In this document: one piece after another, positions 19,637 through 28,333 of the stretch
How positions within the stretch are numbered: position 1 is the stretch's first letter
How the letters are laid out: each line of letters opens with the position of its first letter
NCBI GenBank assembly: GCA_045612965.1
Contig: JAZLAC010000026.1
Span: 4,845-68,844, forward strand
DNA: 64,000 nt
DNA from: Bacteroidaceae bacterium
GTDB lineage: Bacteria; Bacteroidota; Bacteroidia; Bacteroidales; Bacteroidaceae
Reading direction: 5' to 3'
The notes under the pieces: model-generated
The model's input: only the letters and a program-made list of their open reading frames with translations
What the model was told of the DNA's origin: nothing
The model's database searches: none
Made by a program: the position numbers and the translations under genes

Positions 19637-20635
19637 TTATGGTATCCTCTTGAGAATTGTTGCCTTCAGCACAAGTGCGAGGGCAATGGAAATGAATGCA
19701 GCCAGAGCAAAAGCCTGGTATGCCTCATACCGCTTAGAATACTTGCGTACATTCATCTTTGTCCGTTCCAGTTTATCTATTTCCTCATATACTTGGAATA
19801 GTTTTTCTGTGTTTGTGGCACGGTATGTTTTTGCGTCGGTCTTCTCAGCGATCTGTTCCAAGGTCTTGGTGTCTATCTCCACAGGGACGTTGACATACTC
19901 CTTACGACCGCCCACTATCATGGGATAAGGTGCCGTGCCATTGGTACCTACCGCCACGGTGTAAACTCTGATGCCGAAGCTTTTTGCTATGTCTGCTGCC
20001 ATACCAGGTGATATATCGCCACGGTTGTTGGTGCCGTCCGTCAGCAAGATGATTACCTTACTCTTGGCCTTAGATTCCTTCAGTCTGGAAACGGCATTGG
20101 CAATACCCATACCTATGGCGGTGCCGTCCTCTACCATGCCGTGCATGGCCATGTTGCAATCCATTCCGTTCAGCAGGTTCAGCATCGCAGTATGGTCCAT
20201 GGTCATGGGGCATTGGGTGTATGCCTCGCCTGCAAATACAGTAAGACCGATGTTGTCGTTCTCACGTCCGTTGATGAATTCTATGGCCACGTTGCGTGCC
20301 GCCTGAACCCTGTTGGGTTTTAAGTCCTCGGCCAGCATGCTGGTGGATACGTCCATACAAAGCATTATGTCAATACCCTCCACGCTGGTGTTGCTCCATG
20401 AGTTTGCCGTCTGAGGCCGTGCCAAGGCAAATACCGCAGCGGTATATCCTGCAATGGTGAGCAGAAAGGGTACATGTGTAAGCCAGATCCTCCACGTTTT
20501 TCCTGCCCGACGGTAACTGGCAGAGGAACTAACCTTCAGCGAAGGTGTCAATTTCGCATGCCTTAGCACATACCATATTATATAAGGTATTAGTAACAGA
20601 AGAAGCAGAAAATACCAGGGATTATAAAACTCCAT
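19637..20635 (-). CDS. batA: vWA-domain protein BatA
   Basis: 332-aa ORF. N-terminal TM segments, MIDAS CMDVSTSM, LLTDGTNNRG, and a C-terminal TM segment. Confidence 0.8.
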   Translation of the reverse strand: MEFYNPWYFLLLLLLIPYIIWYVLRHAKLTPSLKVSSSASYRRAGKTWRIWLTHVPFLLTIAGYTAAVFALARPQTANSWSNTSVEGIDIMLCMDVSTSMLAEDLKPNRVQAARNVAIEFINGRENDNIGLTVFAGEAYTQCPMTMDHTAMLNLLNGMDCNMAMHGMVEDGTAIGMGIANAVSRLKESKAKSKVIILLTDGTNNRGDISPGMAADIAKSFGIRVYTVAVGTNGTAPYPMIVGGRKEYVNVPVEIDTKTLEQIAEKTDAKTYRATNTEKLFQVYEEIDKLERTKMNVRKYSKRYEAYQAFALAAFISIALALVLKATILKRIP

Positions 20636-20720
20636 AATTCGCTACGTATTGTATTGTCTGTTTTAGTATTTCTTTATATGGGCACTTGTATCTTCTCACT
20701 TGTGCCGTGGTGCTGCTTTA

Positions 20721-21842
20721 TTACACGAACATCTCGTATAGACGCCATGCGATAGTGCCGATAATGGATGCTATCACTATTACGGCCAGGATTATTACTA
20801 TGCGCATAATGCCCACTTGCAACTGACGCTGCTTGTCCGTTTCCTTTATTATCTCTGGTTCAGGACGTGCATTTGGGTCCTCCTCAAGCTTTGTTTCGTT
20901 TACATATTGCAGTGCTGCCATTAGGTTGGCATCGTTCTCGTTTATTTGGGTGTTCCACTTTGCAAACTTCACGAGGTCTGCTGTGCGGAATATCTCGCGG
21001 AGTTCCTCAAGACTCTTTTCGTCTCCCTCCTGTATCAGGCGCTCTATGATTTCAGAACTGGTCATCTCCATGGCGGAGAAACCGTATCTATCCTGGATAT
21101 ATGTCCTAAGCGTGTCGGTAAGCAAGGTGTAATATTCCTTGCTATCCTCCTTTGCCCAGGTGCGTTGTTCCTTAAGGCGCTCTATCTCGCTTATGGCTAT
21201 CTGGTGTGCTGGGATCTTCTTCTTCCGGCGTACAATGCGGAAGATTGGCTTGCCCTTCTTGATAAGGATCGCCATGACTGCAATCAGTACCGCCAAGGGT
21301 AGGATGGCCAGCAGTGAGTATGCTATCTGCTCCCAATCTTCCCAGTTATATGGCAACTGCTGTATATCTCTTGGTGGAAAGAACTGGTCAGCATTAAGTG
21401 TGTCTACTTCAAGAGTATATACTTTAAAGGCTAAACTCTTGCTTTCATGTAGCACGGAATCAACGATTACATGCATCGGAGGCAGGTAGTAAAACGAAGA
21501 ATCCCATGCAGTAATGACATATCGTTGTGTTATTTGCCATTGGTTGCCATCGTTCATCACCACGGTATCTGGGTCGTCCACCTGCACTATTTCCACATTT
21601 GGAACGAGTTCCATCCCTTTCTTCAGTGCGGGCATCTGCAGGGTACATCCAGCAGGCATACTCACCAGCAACTCAAGTCCATCCTGCTGTCCGACATAGA
21701 ACTGGACGCTGTCCAACCTAGTTGTTACCGTTACCTGGGCATGTATGGCAGATACAGCAAACAAAGCGACAGCAAGAAAAGCAATCACTCTATTGTGTAT
21801 GTACCGGCAGATATTACGGCTATTGTGTTTCTTCTTGTACAT
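20721..21842 (-). CDS. membrane protein, BatD-like N-terminal ectodomain fused to a DUF4381-like domain
   Basis: 373-aa ORF. It has a signal peptide, a central TM segment (LLAILPLAVLIAVMAILI), then YYTLLTDTLRTYIQDRYGF...ADLVKFAK, which resembles DUF4381 proteins that sit between DUF58 and batA. There is a C-terminal TM segment. Confidence 0.55.
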   Translation of the reverse strand: MYKKKHNSRNICRYIHNRVIAFLAVALFAVSAIHAQVTVTTRLDSVQFYVGQQDGLELLVSMPAGCTLQMPALKKGMELVPNVEIVQVDDPDTVVMNDGNQWQITQRYVITAWDSSFYYLPPMHVIVDSVLHESKSLAFKVYTLEVDTLNADQFFPPRDIQQLPYNWEDWEQIAYSLLAILPLAVLIAVMAILIKKGKPIFRIVRRKKKIPAHQIAISEIERLKEQRTWAKEDSKEYYTLLTDTLRTYIQDRYGFSAMEMTSSEIIERLIQEGDEKSLEELREIFRTADLVKFAKWNTQINENDANLMAALQYVNETKLEEDPNARPEPEIIKETDKQRQLQVGIMRIVIILAVIVIASIIGTIAWRLYEMFV

Positions 21843-21898
21843 TTACGGGAATTTGTTTATACTTTATTTCCTCTGTTCCGGAAGGGTGGCACAAATTG

Positions 21899-22768
21899 TC
21901 AGGAGCGCTGACGGAACAATCCCATCAGTGCTGTTACGTAGTCGTGATCAGTACGTATGCTGACGTTGTCCACACCGCTTCGGGTGAACGTATCCCTAAG
22001 GCGGTTCTGCTGTCCCTTCCACCATGCAGCATGCTGGTTGCGCACCTTCCTGCTACTGGTATCTATGAGCATTTCTTCGCCAGTTTCGGCATCACGAATC
22101 TGCATCAATCCCACATCTGGCAATTCCGCCATGCGGCGGTCATACACCTGAAGTGCAACGACATCGTGTTTACGGTTCGCTATTGTCAATGTCTGACGGA
22201 AATCCTTCTCGTCAATAAAATCGCTGAGCAAGAAGGCCGTACACCTGCGCTTCATTACCGACGTCAGGTATTCCACCGCCTGTCCCACATCCGTACGGTT
22301 GCTTTCCGGTTTGAACTCCAACAGCTCGCGTATAATGTAGAGAATATGCTTACGTCCCTTCTTTGGGGGGATGAACTTCTCTATGCGGTCGGAAAAGAAG
22401 ATTATGCCAATCTTATCATTGTTTTGTATGGCGGAGAAGGCCAGTGTTGCCGCAATCTCCGTGAGCATCTGGCGTTTTGTTTGCACGCATGAACCGAATT
22501 CCAAACTACCACTGACGTCTACACAGAGCATCACAGTAAGTTCACGTTCCTCCTCGAAAACCTTAACAAAGGGTTTGTTAAACCTGGCCGTAACGTTCCA
22601 TTCGATATCGCGGATATCGTCTCCGTACTGATACTCGCGCACCTCGGCAAAGGCCATACCCCTACCCTTGAATGCCGAATGGTATTCGCCTGCAAAGATA
22701 TTGTTGGACAGGCCCTTTGTCTTGATTTCTATCTGCCTGACACGCTTTAGCAATTCACTTGTTTCCAT
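21899..22768 (-). CDS. DUF58 protein (MoxR-associated, vWA-like)
   Basis: 289-aa ORF. DUF58 signature YQYGDDIRDIEWNVTAR. It lies immediately downstream of the MoxR ATPase. Confidence 0.8.
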   Translation of the reverse strand: METSELLKRVRQIEIKTKGLSNNIFAGEYHSAFKGRGMAFAEVREYQYGDDIRDIEWNVTARFNKPFVKVFEEERELTVMLCVDVSGSLEFGSCVQTKRQMLTEIAATLAFSAIQNNDKIGIIFFSDRIEKFIPPKKGRKHILYIIRELLEFKPESNRTDVGQAVEYLTSVMKRRCTAFLLSDFIDEKDFRQTLTIANRKHDVVALQVYDRRMAELPDVGLMQIRDAETGEEMLIDTSSRKVRNQHAAWWKGQQNRLRDTFTRSGVDNVSIRTDHDYVTALMGLFRQRS

Positions 22769-22808
22769 GCTTCTTCTTATGTTCGCACGAAGCCATTCTT
22801 TTCGGCAA

Positions 22809-23801
22809 TTAGGGTACCTCTACCTTGTTGATGATCTTGCTTACTATTTCCTCGGGAGTGATGTTATTGGCCTCTGCCTCGTAAGACAGGCCTACACGGT
22901 GGCGAAGCACATCATGTGCCACGGCTCGGACATCCTCTGGGATTACATATCCGCGACGCTTGATGAAGGCGTATGCCCTTGCCGCCAGTGCCAGGTTAAT
23001 GCTTGCACGGGGACTGGCGCCGAATTCTATGTAGTCCTTGATGTCCTTCAGGTTGTATTTCTCAGGATAGCGAGTAGCGAAGACTATGTCTGCGATATAT
23101 TGTTCGATTTTCTCGTCCAAATATACCTGACGTACCACAGCACGTGCCTCCATGATTTCCTGCGTGGTCATCAAAGGTTTTACCACGGGAGCCTCACCTT
23201 TGATGTTTTGGCGAACGATAAGTTTCTCCTCTTCTAGCTTGGGATAGTCGATGATTACCTTCAGCATGAAACGGTCCACCTGTGCCTCTGGCAGAGGATA
23301 GGTTCCCTCCTGCTCAATTGGGTTCTGGGTAGCCATTACAAGGAAGGGCTTGGGCAGTTTAAAGGTTTCCTTGCCGATGGTAACCTGACGCTCCTGCATG
23401 GCCTCAAGCAAAGCGCTCTGTACCTTGGCGGGAGCACGGTTAATCTCATCTGCCAGCACGAAGTTTGCAAACACAGGACCTTTTTCTACCTGGAAACTCT
23501 CTTCCTTCTGTGAATAGATCATCGTACCGATCACGTCGGCGGGCAATAGGTCGGGTGTAAACTGTATGCGGCTGAATTGTGCGTCCACTAACGAAGCCAG
23601 TGTCTTAATAGCCTGTGTCTTGGCCAAACCTGGTACACCTTCCAGCAGGACGTGTCCGTCGCTAAGCAGGCCTATCAGCAAGGATTCCACCAAATGTTTC
23701 TGTCCCACAATTACCTGAGCCATACCTGTCTGCAGGTTGGTCACAAACGCACTCTGACGCTCAATCTGCTCATTTAGAGCACGGATATCAAACGAGTTCA
23801 T
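22809..23801 (-). CDS. moxR: MoxR-family AAA+ ATPase
   Basis: The track ORF begins at a TTG (23810). The first ATG (23801) gives MNSFDIRALNEQ. Walker A LLEGVPGLAKT, Walker B/sensor LADEINRAPAKVQSALLEAMQE. Confidence 0.9.
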   Translation of the reverse strand: MNSFDIRALNEQIERQSAFVTNLQTGMAQVIVGQKHLVESLLIGLLSDGHVLLEGVPGLAKTQAIKTLASLVDAQFSRIQFTPDLLPADVIGTMIYSQKEESFQVEKGPVFANFVLADEINRAPAKVQSALLEAMQERQVTIGKETFKLPKPFLVMATQNPIEQEGTYPLPEAQVDRFMLKVIIDYPKLEEEKLIVRQNIKGEAPVVKPLMTTQEIMEARAVVRQVYLDEKIEQYIADIVFATRYPEKYNLKDIKDYIEFGASPRASINLALAARAYAFIKRRGYVIPEDVRAVAHDVLRHRVGLSYEAEANNITPEEIVSKIINKVEVP

Positions 23802-23836
23802 ACTATCCAAAATATGTGTTTTAATTATTTTGCGTG

Positions 23837-23844
23837 CAAAGTTA
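23837..23844 (-). promoter_or_regulatory. -7 promoter box (TAACTTTG) for the moxR-bat unit
   Basis: Plus caaagtta, reverse complement TAACTTTG, 36 nt upstream of the ATG at 23801. Confidence 0.5.
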
Positions 23845-24076
23845 ACAAGATTATGTCACATACCAAAGTCGAAATTCTTAAAAAAGTCCTATATAATGTT
23901 CAGTGTCTATTAAAAAAATGTTAAACGTCCACACGTTATAGTCCATGCTGAGGGTGACAAATGTTTGCCTTACTATTAACGGCATAAGAGAGTGCGGATT
24001 AGGGTAACAAGGACGAAATGCACAATCTGCCAGTGAACGATGTGGCCAAAAGGTAGATGAACAGTCCGCAAAGATC

Positions 24077-24118
24077 ATAAAAAGGCACAGAATCTGCGTT
24101 GTAAAAGCGGATTCTGTG
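24077..24118 (-). terminator. rho-independent terminator after the HU-LysM gene
   Basis: On the minus strand: CACAGAAUCCGC / 9-nt loop / GCAGAUUCUGUG (11 of 12 bp) followed by CCUUUUUAU. It lies 59 nt downstream of the stop at 24177. Confidence 0.6.
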
Positions 24119-24176
24119 TATCATCTATTTTAGGCGCTATTATCTACCCGTAATTCCTGGGCGTTTGCCCCGACAA

Positions 24177-25385
24177 TTATTTCTTTGTCGCAGGTGCTTT
24201 CCTTACCAGTTTTGGGATTCTAATAGGATCACCAGTGTGTATAATGTTGGGGTCTTCAAAATCATTGAAAACGATGAGGTAGCGGACAAGGTTCTGATCG
24301 CCGAGTTCCTTGCCAGCAATCCTATAGAGGGTTTCGCCTACCTGCATGTGATGGATTTTGCCAGCATCGCCCACAATCCAGTATTCACCTCCGGGAACCT
24401 GAGGGAAATACTTCGCTATTTCAGCGGGATCCTCGTTCTCTTGTGTATCGGTTTCTGCCTGTGGGGTGGTTTCTGCAACCAAGGTCAGTGAGTCAGTGCC
24501 AAGGGTGTCCGTCTGCAAGGTGTCTTCCACTTCGACGTGAAGGGGTGTTTCAAGCTGCTCTTCTTCCTTGGTAGCATCGTCTGTAAGTTCTGTGTCCAGT
24601 GATTCGTGATACAAAGTCACATCCAGCTTACTCAATACCTGAAAGTGTCCGCCCACATAGGAAAGCACCATGAGGAGGATGGTTACGAATATGTAGAGGC
24701 ACATGTTCGGTGAACGCTTAACCTGCGAGGAGGACGAAATGGAGACTTCGGATGCCATGGGATATGAAGGATTCTCGTCGCTACGATGTGTGCAAGTGGG
24801 AATTACATCCTTAACAGGTTCTTGGGAGATTGTCTCCTCGGGTTCTAAGATAGGCTTTGTCTCCGTTGCCTCAGCAATCATCTCTTCCTCTGCAGGCTGC
24901 TCTGCGAGTTCCCTCTCTTCTGGCTGCTGAGGCATGGTTTCTTCCGTAACTGTTTCTTCCACAGTGTCTGGAAGCGGTTGTGTGACTTTACTATTTGGAA
25001 GTGGAGCGTCTGGCTTTTCCTCGTCCATAACGGGTATTTTTTCCATTTCCTCGGTAGAGACAGAGTCGTTCAGGGGTGTTGTCTCAAAGTCGGAGAAGGG
25101 ACGGTTTACCGCATCTCTGAGGGGCACATCTGGGGTGAAGGATAGTTTGGTGTGTCCAGCAATTACAATACGCTCACCTGTGTTAACGTTTATGCTTTCA
25201 CGGTCAGAAACATTAATCAGTTTGAAGGTGCCGAATCCCTTGATCTTGACTATCTTGTCGGTGGCTATGTATTCCTCCACTATCTCAAATACGGTCTTGA
25301 CAAACGCACTTGATGCCTTGATATCCATGCCCGACCTCTCTGTAAGTGCTGAGGCAAGGTCCTGTATGCTATACTTATTATTCAT
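24177..25385 (-). CDS. membrane-anchored HU-like DNA-binding domain / LysM domain fusion protein
   Basis: 402-aa ORF. The N-terminal ~95 aa have an HU/IHF fold pattern (KGFGTFKLINVSDRESINVNTGERIVIAGHTKLSFTP). An acidic Glu/Pro/Thr-rich linker follows, then one TM segment (CLYIFVTILLMVLSYVGGHF) and a C-terminal LysM-like HHMQVGETLYRIAGKELGDQNLVRYLIVFNDFEDPNIIHTGDPIRIP. Confidence 0.75.
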   Translation of the reverse strand: MNNKYSIQDLASALTERSGMDIKASSAFVKTVFEIVEEYIATDKIVKIKGFGTFKLINVSDRESINVNTGERIVIAGHTKLSFTPDVPLRDAVNRPFSDFETTPLNDSVSTEEMEKIPVMDEEKPDAPLPNSKVTQPLPDTVEETVTEETMPQQPEERELAEQPAEEEMIAEATETKPILEPEETISQEPVKDVIPTCTHRSDENPSYPMASEVSISSSSQVKRSPNMCLYIFVTILLMVLSYVGGHFQVLSKLDVTLYHESLDTELTDDATKEEEQLETPLHVEVEDTLQTDTLGTDSLTLVAETTPQAETDTQENEDPAEIAKYFPQVPGGEYWIVGDAGKIHHMQVGETLYRIAGKELGDQNLVRYLIVFNDFEDPNIIHTGDPIRIPKLVRKAPATKK

Positions 25386-25403
25386 GATAATTCCTCCGGT
25401 GCA

Positions 25404-25676
25404 TTATTGGATCTTGTTCTTCAGGTTGGTACTCTGCTTAAAACCAACGACAATCTTAGGTGGTACGAGCATGCGCTGCCCTGTTGTGGGGGAAACAAGG
25501 ACTCGTTCCAGTCTTTTCTTTGTCTCGAACGTGCCGAAGTTAGAAATCATTATCGAATCCTCCTCGCAAAGACACTTTGTCATTTCATGAACGAGGAGAT
25601 TGACTCTTTGCTGGGTCTCTCTGGCATTGGACTTTGTCCTGCGTGCCAGTTCTGCGATGAATTCCTTGTTGTTCAT
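25404..25676 (-). CDS. HU-family DNA-binding protein
   Basis: 90-aa ORF. MNNKEFIAELA..., FGTFETKKR, and GQRMLVPPKIVVGFKQS are typical HU beta-arm sequence. Confidence 0.85.
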   Translation of the reverse strand: MNNKEFIAELARRTKSNARETQQRVNLLVHEMTKCLCEEDSIMISNFGTFETKKRLERVLVSPTTGQRMLVPPKIVVGFKQSTNLKNKIQ

Positions 25677-25748
25677 ATGATGTGCTTGTGTTGGTGTTGC
25701 CGTGTGTGTAGCGTTCCGTTATGATATAGTGGCGATAAAGAATAATAA

Positions 25749-27047
25749 TTAAAGGGGGGTAATCACTTCGGCATAGAGGTCAAAATCATCAGCTCCGGTT
25801 ATCCTTACGTTGTAGAATTTCCCTGGTACGAGACCTTCGGTGACAGAGGATATCAATACCTCAGGGTCAACCTCGGGTGAATCGTACTCAGTACGTCCTA
25901 TGTACCAGTCGCCTTCAAGGCGATCTATGATTACCTTCATCTCGCTTCCAACCTTCCCTTCCTGAATTTCGGCAGAAATCCTCTGCTGCAGGCGCATGAG
26001 TCGGGAGAGACGTTCCTGCTTTATCTCCTCGGGGATGTTGTCCTCATAAAGGCGGGCGCTGGGAGTGCCCTGCTCCTCACTATAGGCAAAAGCACCCATA
26101 CGTTCGAAGCGTGCCCAACGAACAAAGCGGCAGAGTTCCTCGAAGTCCTCGTCGCCCTCACCGGGAAATCCTACCATGAGAGTTGTGCGTAGGTGTATGC
26201 CTGGCACCTTACTGCGTATCTGTTCTATGAGGGCATAGGTTTCTTCGCTGGTAATGTGGCGGTGCATGGCCCCAAGAACATTGTCTGATACATGCTGGAG
26301 AGCTATATCCAGATACTTGCACACGTTCTTGTTCCTTGCGATTACATCAAGCAGTTCCATGGGAAAGTCAGTAGGATAAGCATAATGCAAGCGTATCCAC
26401 TCGACACCAGGGATATTGGCTATTTCCTGAACAAGATGTGCTATGCGTCGCTCCTTGTAAAGGTCAAGTCCATAAAATGTCAGTTCCTGTGCTATGATTT
26501 GGAATTCCCTTACACCGCAGGTCACAAGATGACGCACCTCGTCCAGGATTTCTTCCATGGGACGTGAACGATGGGCACCGGTAATGATGGGAATGGCGCA
26601 ATATGCGCATTTGCGGCTACATCCTTCGGAAATTTTCAGGTAGGCATAATGCGCAGGAGTGGTTATGTGTCGCTCGTTAGCGATTGCGGCGTTATATTCG
26701 TGACCGAGGTCCTTCAGGAGATTTGTCCAGTCAAACTTGCCATAGTATTTGTCCACCTCGGGTATTTCCTTCCCAAGATCGTCCATATAACGCTCACTCA
26801 GACATCCCATCACATAGAGTTTCTTCAGACTGCCCTCTTCCTTGCGTTGGGCAAGTTCCAGAATCATATTTATGCTTTCTTCCTGTGCATCGGCGATGAA
26901 ACCACAGGTATTCACCACGGCTATATCACCAGTAAGGAGTTCGGCGTCGTGCTCTACTTCATAGCCGACAGCTTCCAACTGACGCATCAAGCGTTCGCTG
27001 TCAACCAGATTTTTGCTGCAACCCAGAGTTATGATATCTATCTTCAT
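25749..27047 (-). CDS. rimO: ribosomal protein S12 methylthiotransferase
   Basis: 432-aa ORF. It has an N-terminal UPF0004 domain (ITLGCSKNLVDSE), the radical-SAM CSRKCAYCAIP motif and a C-terminal TRAM domain. Confidence 0.9.
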   Translation of the reverse strand: MKIDIITLGCSKNLVDSERLMRQLEAVGYEVEHDAELLTGDIAVVNTCGFIADAQEESINMILELAQRKEEGSLKKLYVMGCLSERYMDDLGKEIPEVDKYYGKFDWTNLLKDLGHEYNAAIANERHITTPAHYAYLKISEGCSRKCAYCAIPIITGAHRSRPMEEILDEVRHLVTCGVREFQIIAQELTFYGLDLYKERRIAHLVQEIANIPGVEWIRLHYAYPTDFPMELLDVIARNKNVCKYLDIALQHVSDNVLGAMHRHITSEETYALIEQIRSKVPGIHLRTTLMVGFPGEGDEDFEELCRFVRWARFERMGAFAYSEEQGTPSARLYEDNIPEEIKQERLSRLMRLQQRISAEIQEGKVGSEMKVIIDRLEGDWYIGRTEYDSPEVDPEVLISSVTEGLVPGKFYNVRITGADDFDLYAEVITPL

Positions 27048-27071
27048 GGCATTACTTTTTTCTGGAGGGCT

Positions 27072-28022
27072 TTATTTGAACAAAGAGTCCACGAACTCCA
27101 CACGATTGAAAGGCTGTAAATCTTCCATGCCTTCACCCAAACCAATGTAACGTACGGGTATCTTGAACTGGTCAGATATTCCTATAACCACACCACCCTT
27201 GGCCGTTCCGTCCAATTTGGTTACAGCCATGCTCGTTACCTCGGTGGCTGCGGTAAACTGCTTTGCCTGCTCGTAGGCGTTCTGTCCGGTACTGCCGTCT
27301 AATACCAACATCACGTCGTTGGGAGCCTCGGGCATAAGTTTTTGCATCACTCGCTTTATCTTGGAAAGTTCGTCCATCAGCCCCTTCTTGTTATGCAAAC
27401 GTCCGGCAGTGTCTATAATAACGACGTCTGCACCAGAAGAGATTGCACTCTGCAAGGTATCAAAAGCCACGGATGCAGGATCGCTACCCATCTGCTGCTT
27501 GATGACGGGAACCCCTACCCTTTCTCCCCAAATGACTATCTGCTCAACGGCAGCAGCTCGGAATGTGTCGGCAGCACCAAGCACAACCTTCAGGCCTGAT
27601 TGCCTGAACTGGTATGCTAACTTGCCTATCGTGGTGGTTTTGCCCACACCGTTGACACCAACCACCATAATCACGTACGGACGCTTACCTTCTGGCAGGG
27701 TGAAACCCTCGGTGTCATCGGTATTGTTCTCTGTGAGCAGTTGTGCTATCTCGTCGCACAGTATTTTGTTTAACTCGCCAGTGCCCACATACTTGTCGCG
27801 AGCTACGCGCTTTTCTATCCTTTCTATGATACGGAGTGTAGTGTCCACACCCACATCGCTGGTAACAAGCACCTCTTCCAAATTGTCAAGAACCTCGTCG
27901 TCAACTTTGTCACGACCTGCCACGGCTCTGGCAATCTTGTCAAAAAATCCTGTCTTTGTCTTTTCAAGACCCTTATCCAAGGTCTCCTTCTTCTCCTTGC
28001 TGAAAAATGAAAACAATCCCAT
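27072..28022 (-). CDS. ftsY: signal recognition particle receptor
   Basis: 316-aa ORF. SRP-GTPase motifs GVNGVGKTTTIGKLA, DTAGRLHNK and TKLDGTAKGG. Confidence 0.9.
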   Translation of the reverse strand: MGLFSFFSKEKKETLDKGLEKTKTGFFDKIARAVAGRDKVDDEVLDNLEEVLVTSDVGVDTTLRIIERIEKRVARDKYVGTGELNKILCDEIAQLLTENNTDDTEGFTLPEGKRPYVIMVVGVNGVGKTTTIGKLAYQFRQSGLKVVLGAADTFRAAAVEQIVIWGERVGVPVIKQQMGSDPASVAFDTLQSAISSGADVVIIDTAGRLHNKKGLMDELSKIKRVMQKLMPEAPNDVMLVLDGSTGQNAYEQAKQFTAATEVTSMAVTKLDGTAKGGVVIGISDQFKIPVRYIGLGEGMEDLQPFNRVEFVDSLFK

Positions 28023-28105
28023 AGTAATCTATTACCTTGCTTCTTCTAAACAATCTGTGTGTGGCAACACATGCATAATGTGCCAATAAATAATATTTCA
28101 AAGTG

Positions 28106-28113
28106 CAAAGGTA
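28106..28113 (-). promoter_or_regulatory. -7 promoter box (TACCTTTG) for the ftsY-rimO-HU unit
   Basis: Plus caaaggta, reverse complement TACCTTTG, 84 nt upstream of the ftsY ATG. Confidence 0.45.
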
Positions 28114-28246
28114 AGGTTTTTTTCTCAGTTTTGCCAACATGGAATTGAGAAATAGTACTTTTCATCGTGTTTTCCACTACTAAAGCAGTCGGTGTACTGA
28201 GATCCGCTATGCGTTTATGCTACTGTTTGTGCCTTGGGAAAGTCGC

Positions 28247-28275
28247 AGAAAAAGCCCCGGTCGCATGACCGAGGC
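28247..28275 (-). terminator. rho-independent terminator after the T9SS surface-protein gene
   Basis: On the minus strand: GCCUCGGUC / AUGC / GACCGGGGC (9 bp including one G-U) followed by UUUUUCU. It lies 59 nt downstream of the stop. Confidence 0.6.
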
Positions 28276-28333
28276 TAAGTGTACATTATATATATATATT
28301 AGGTATATACTACACGTTTAAACGAGAGACGAA

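Noticed and set aside
23878-24078. 66-aa minus-strand ORF, and a possible ncRNA, in the ~230-nt unexplained stretch between the HU-LysM terminator and the moxR promoter.
   Set aside because: The ORF has no plausible start context and an odd composition. I could not identify any conserved RNA motif or strong secondary structure by eye, so the stretch is left unannotated.
28287-28299. TA-dinucleotide runs (28287..28299, 32421..32431, 61294..61309), considered as possible CRISPR or other spaced repeats.
   Set aside because: They are simple microsatellites without repeat-spacer organisation. No CRISPR-like array or cas gene exists in the window.
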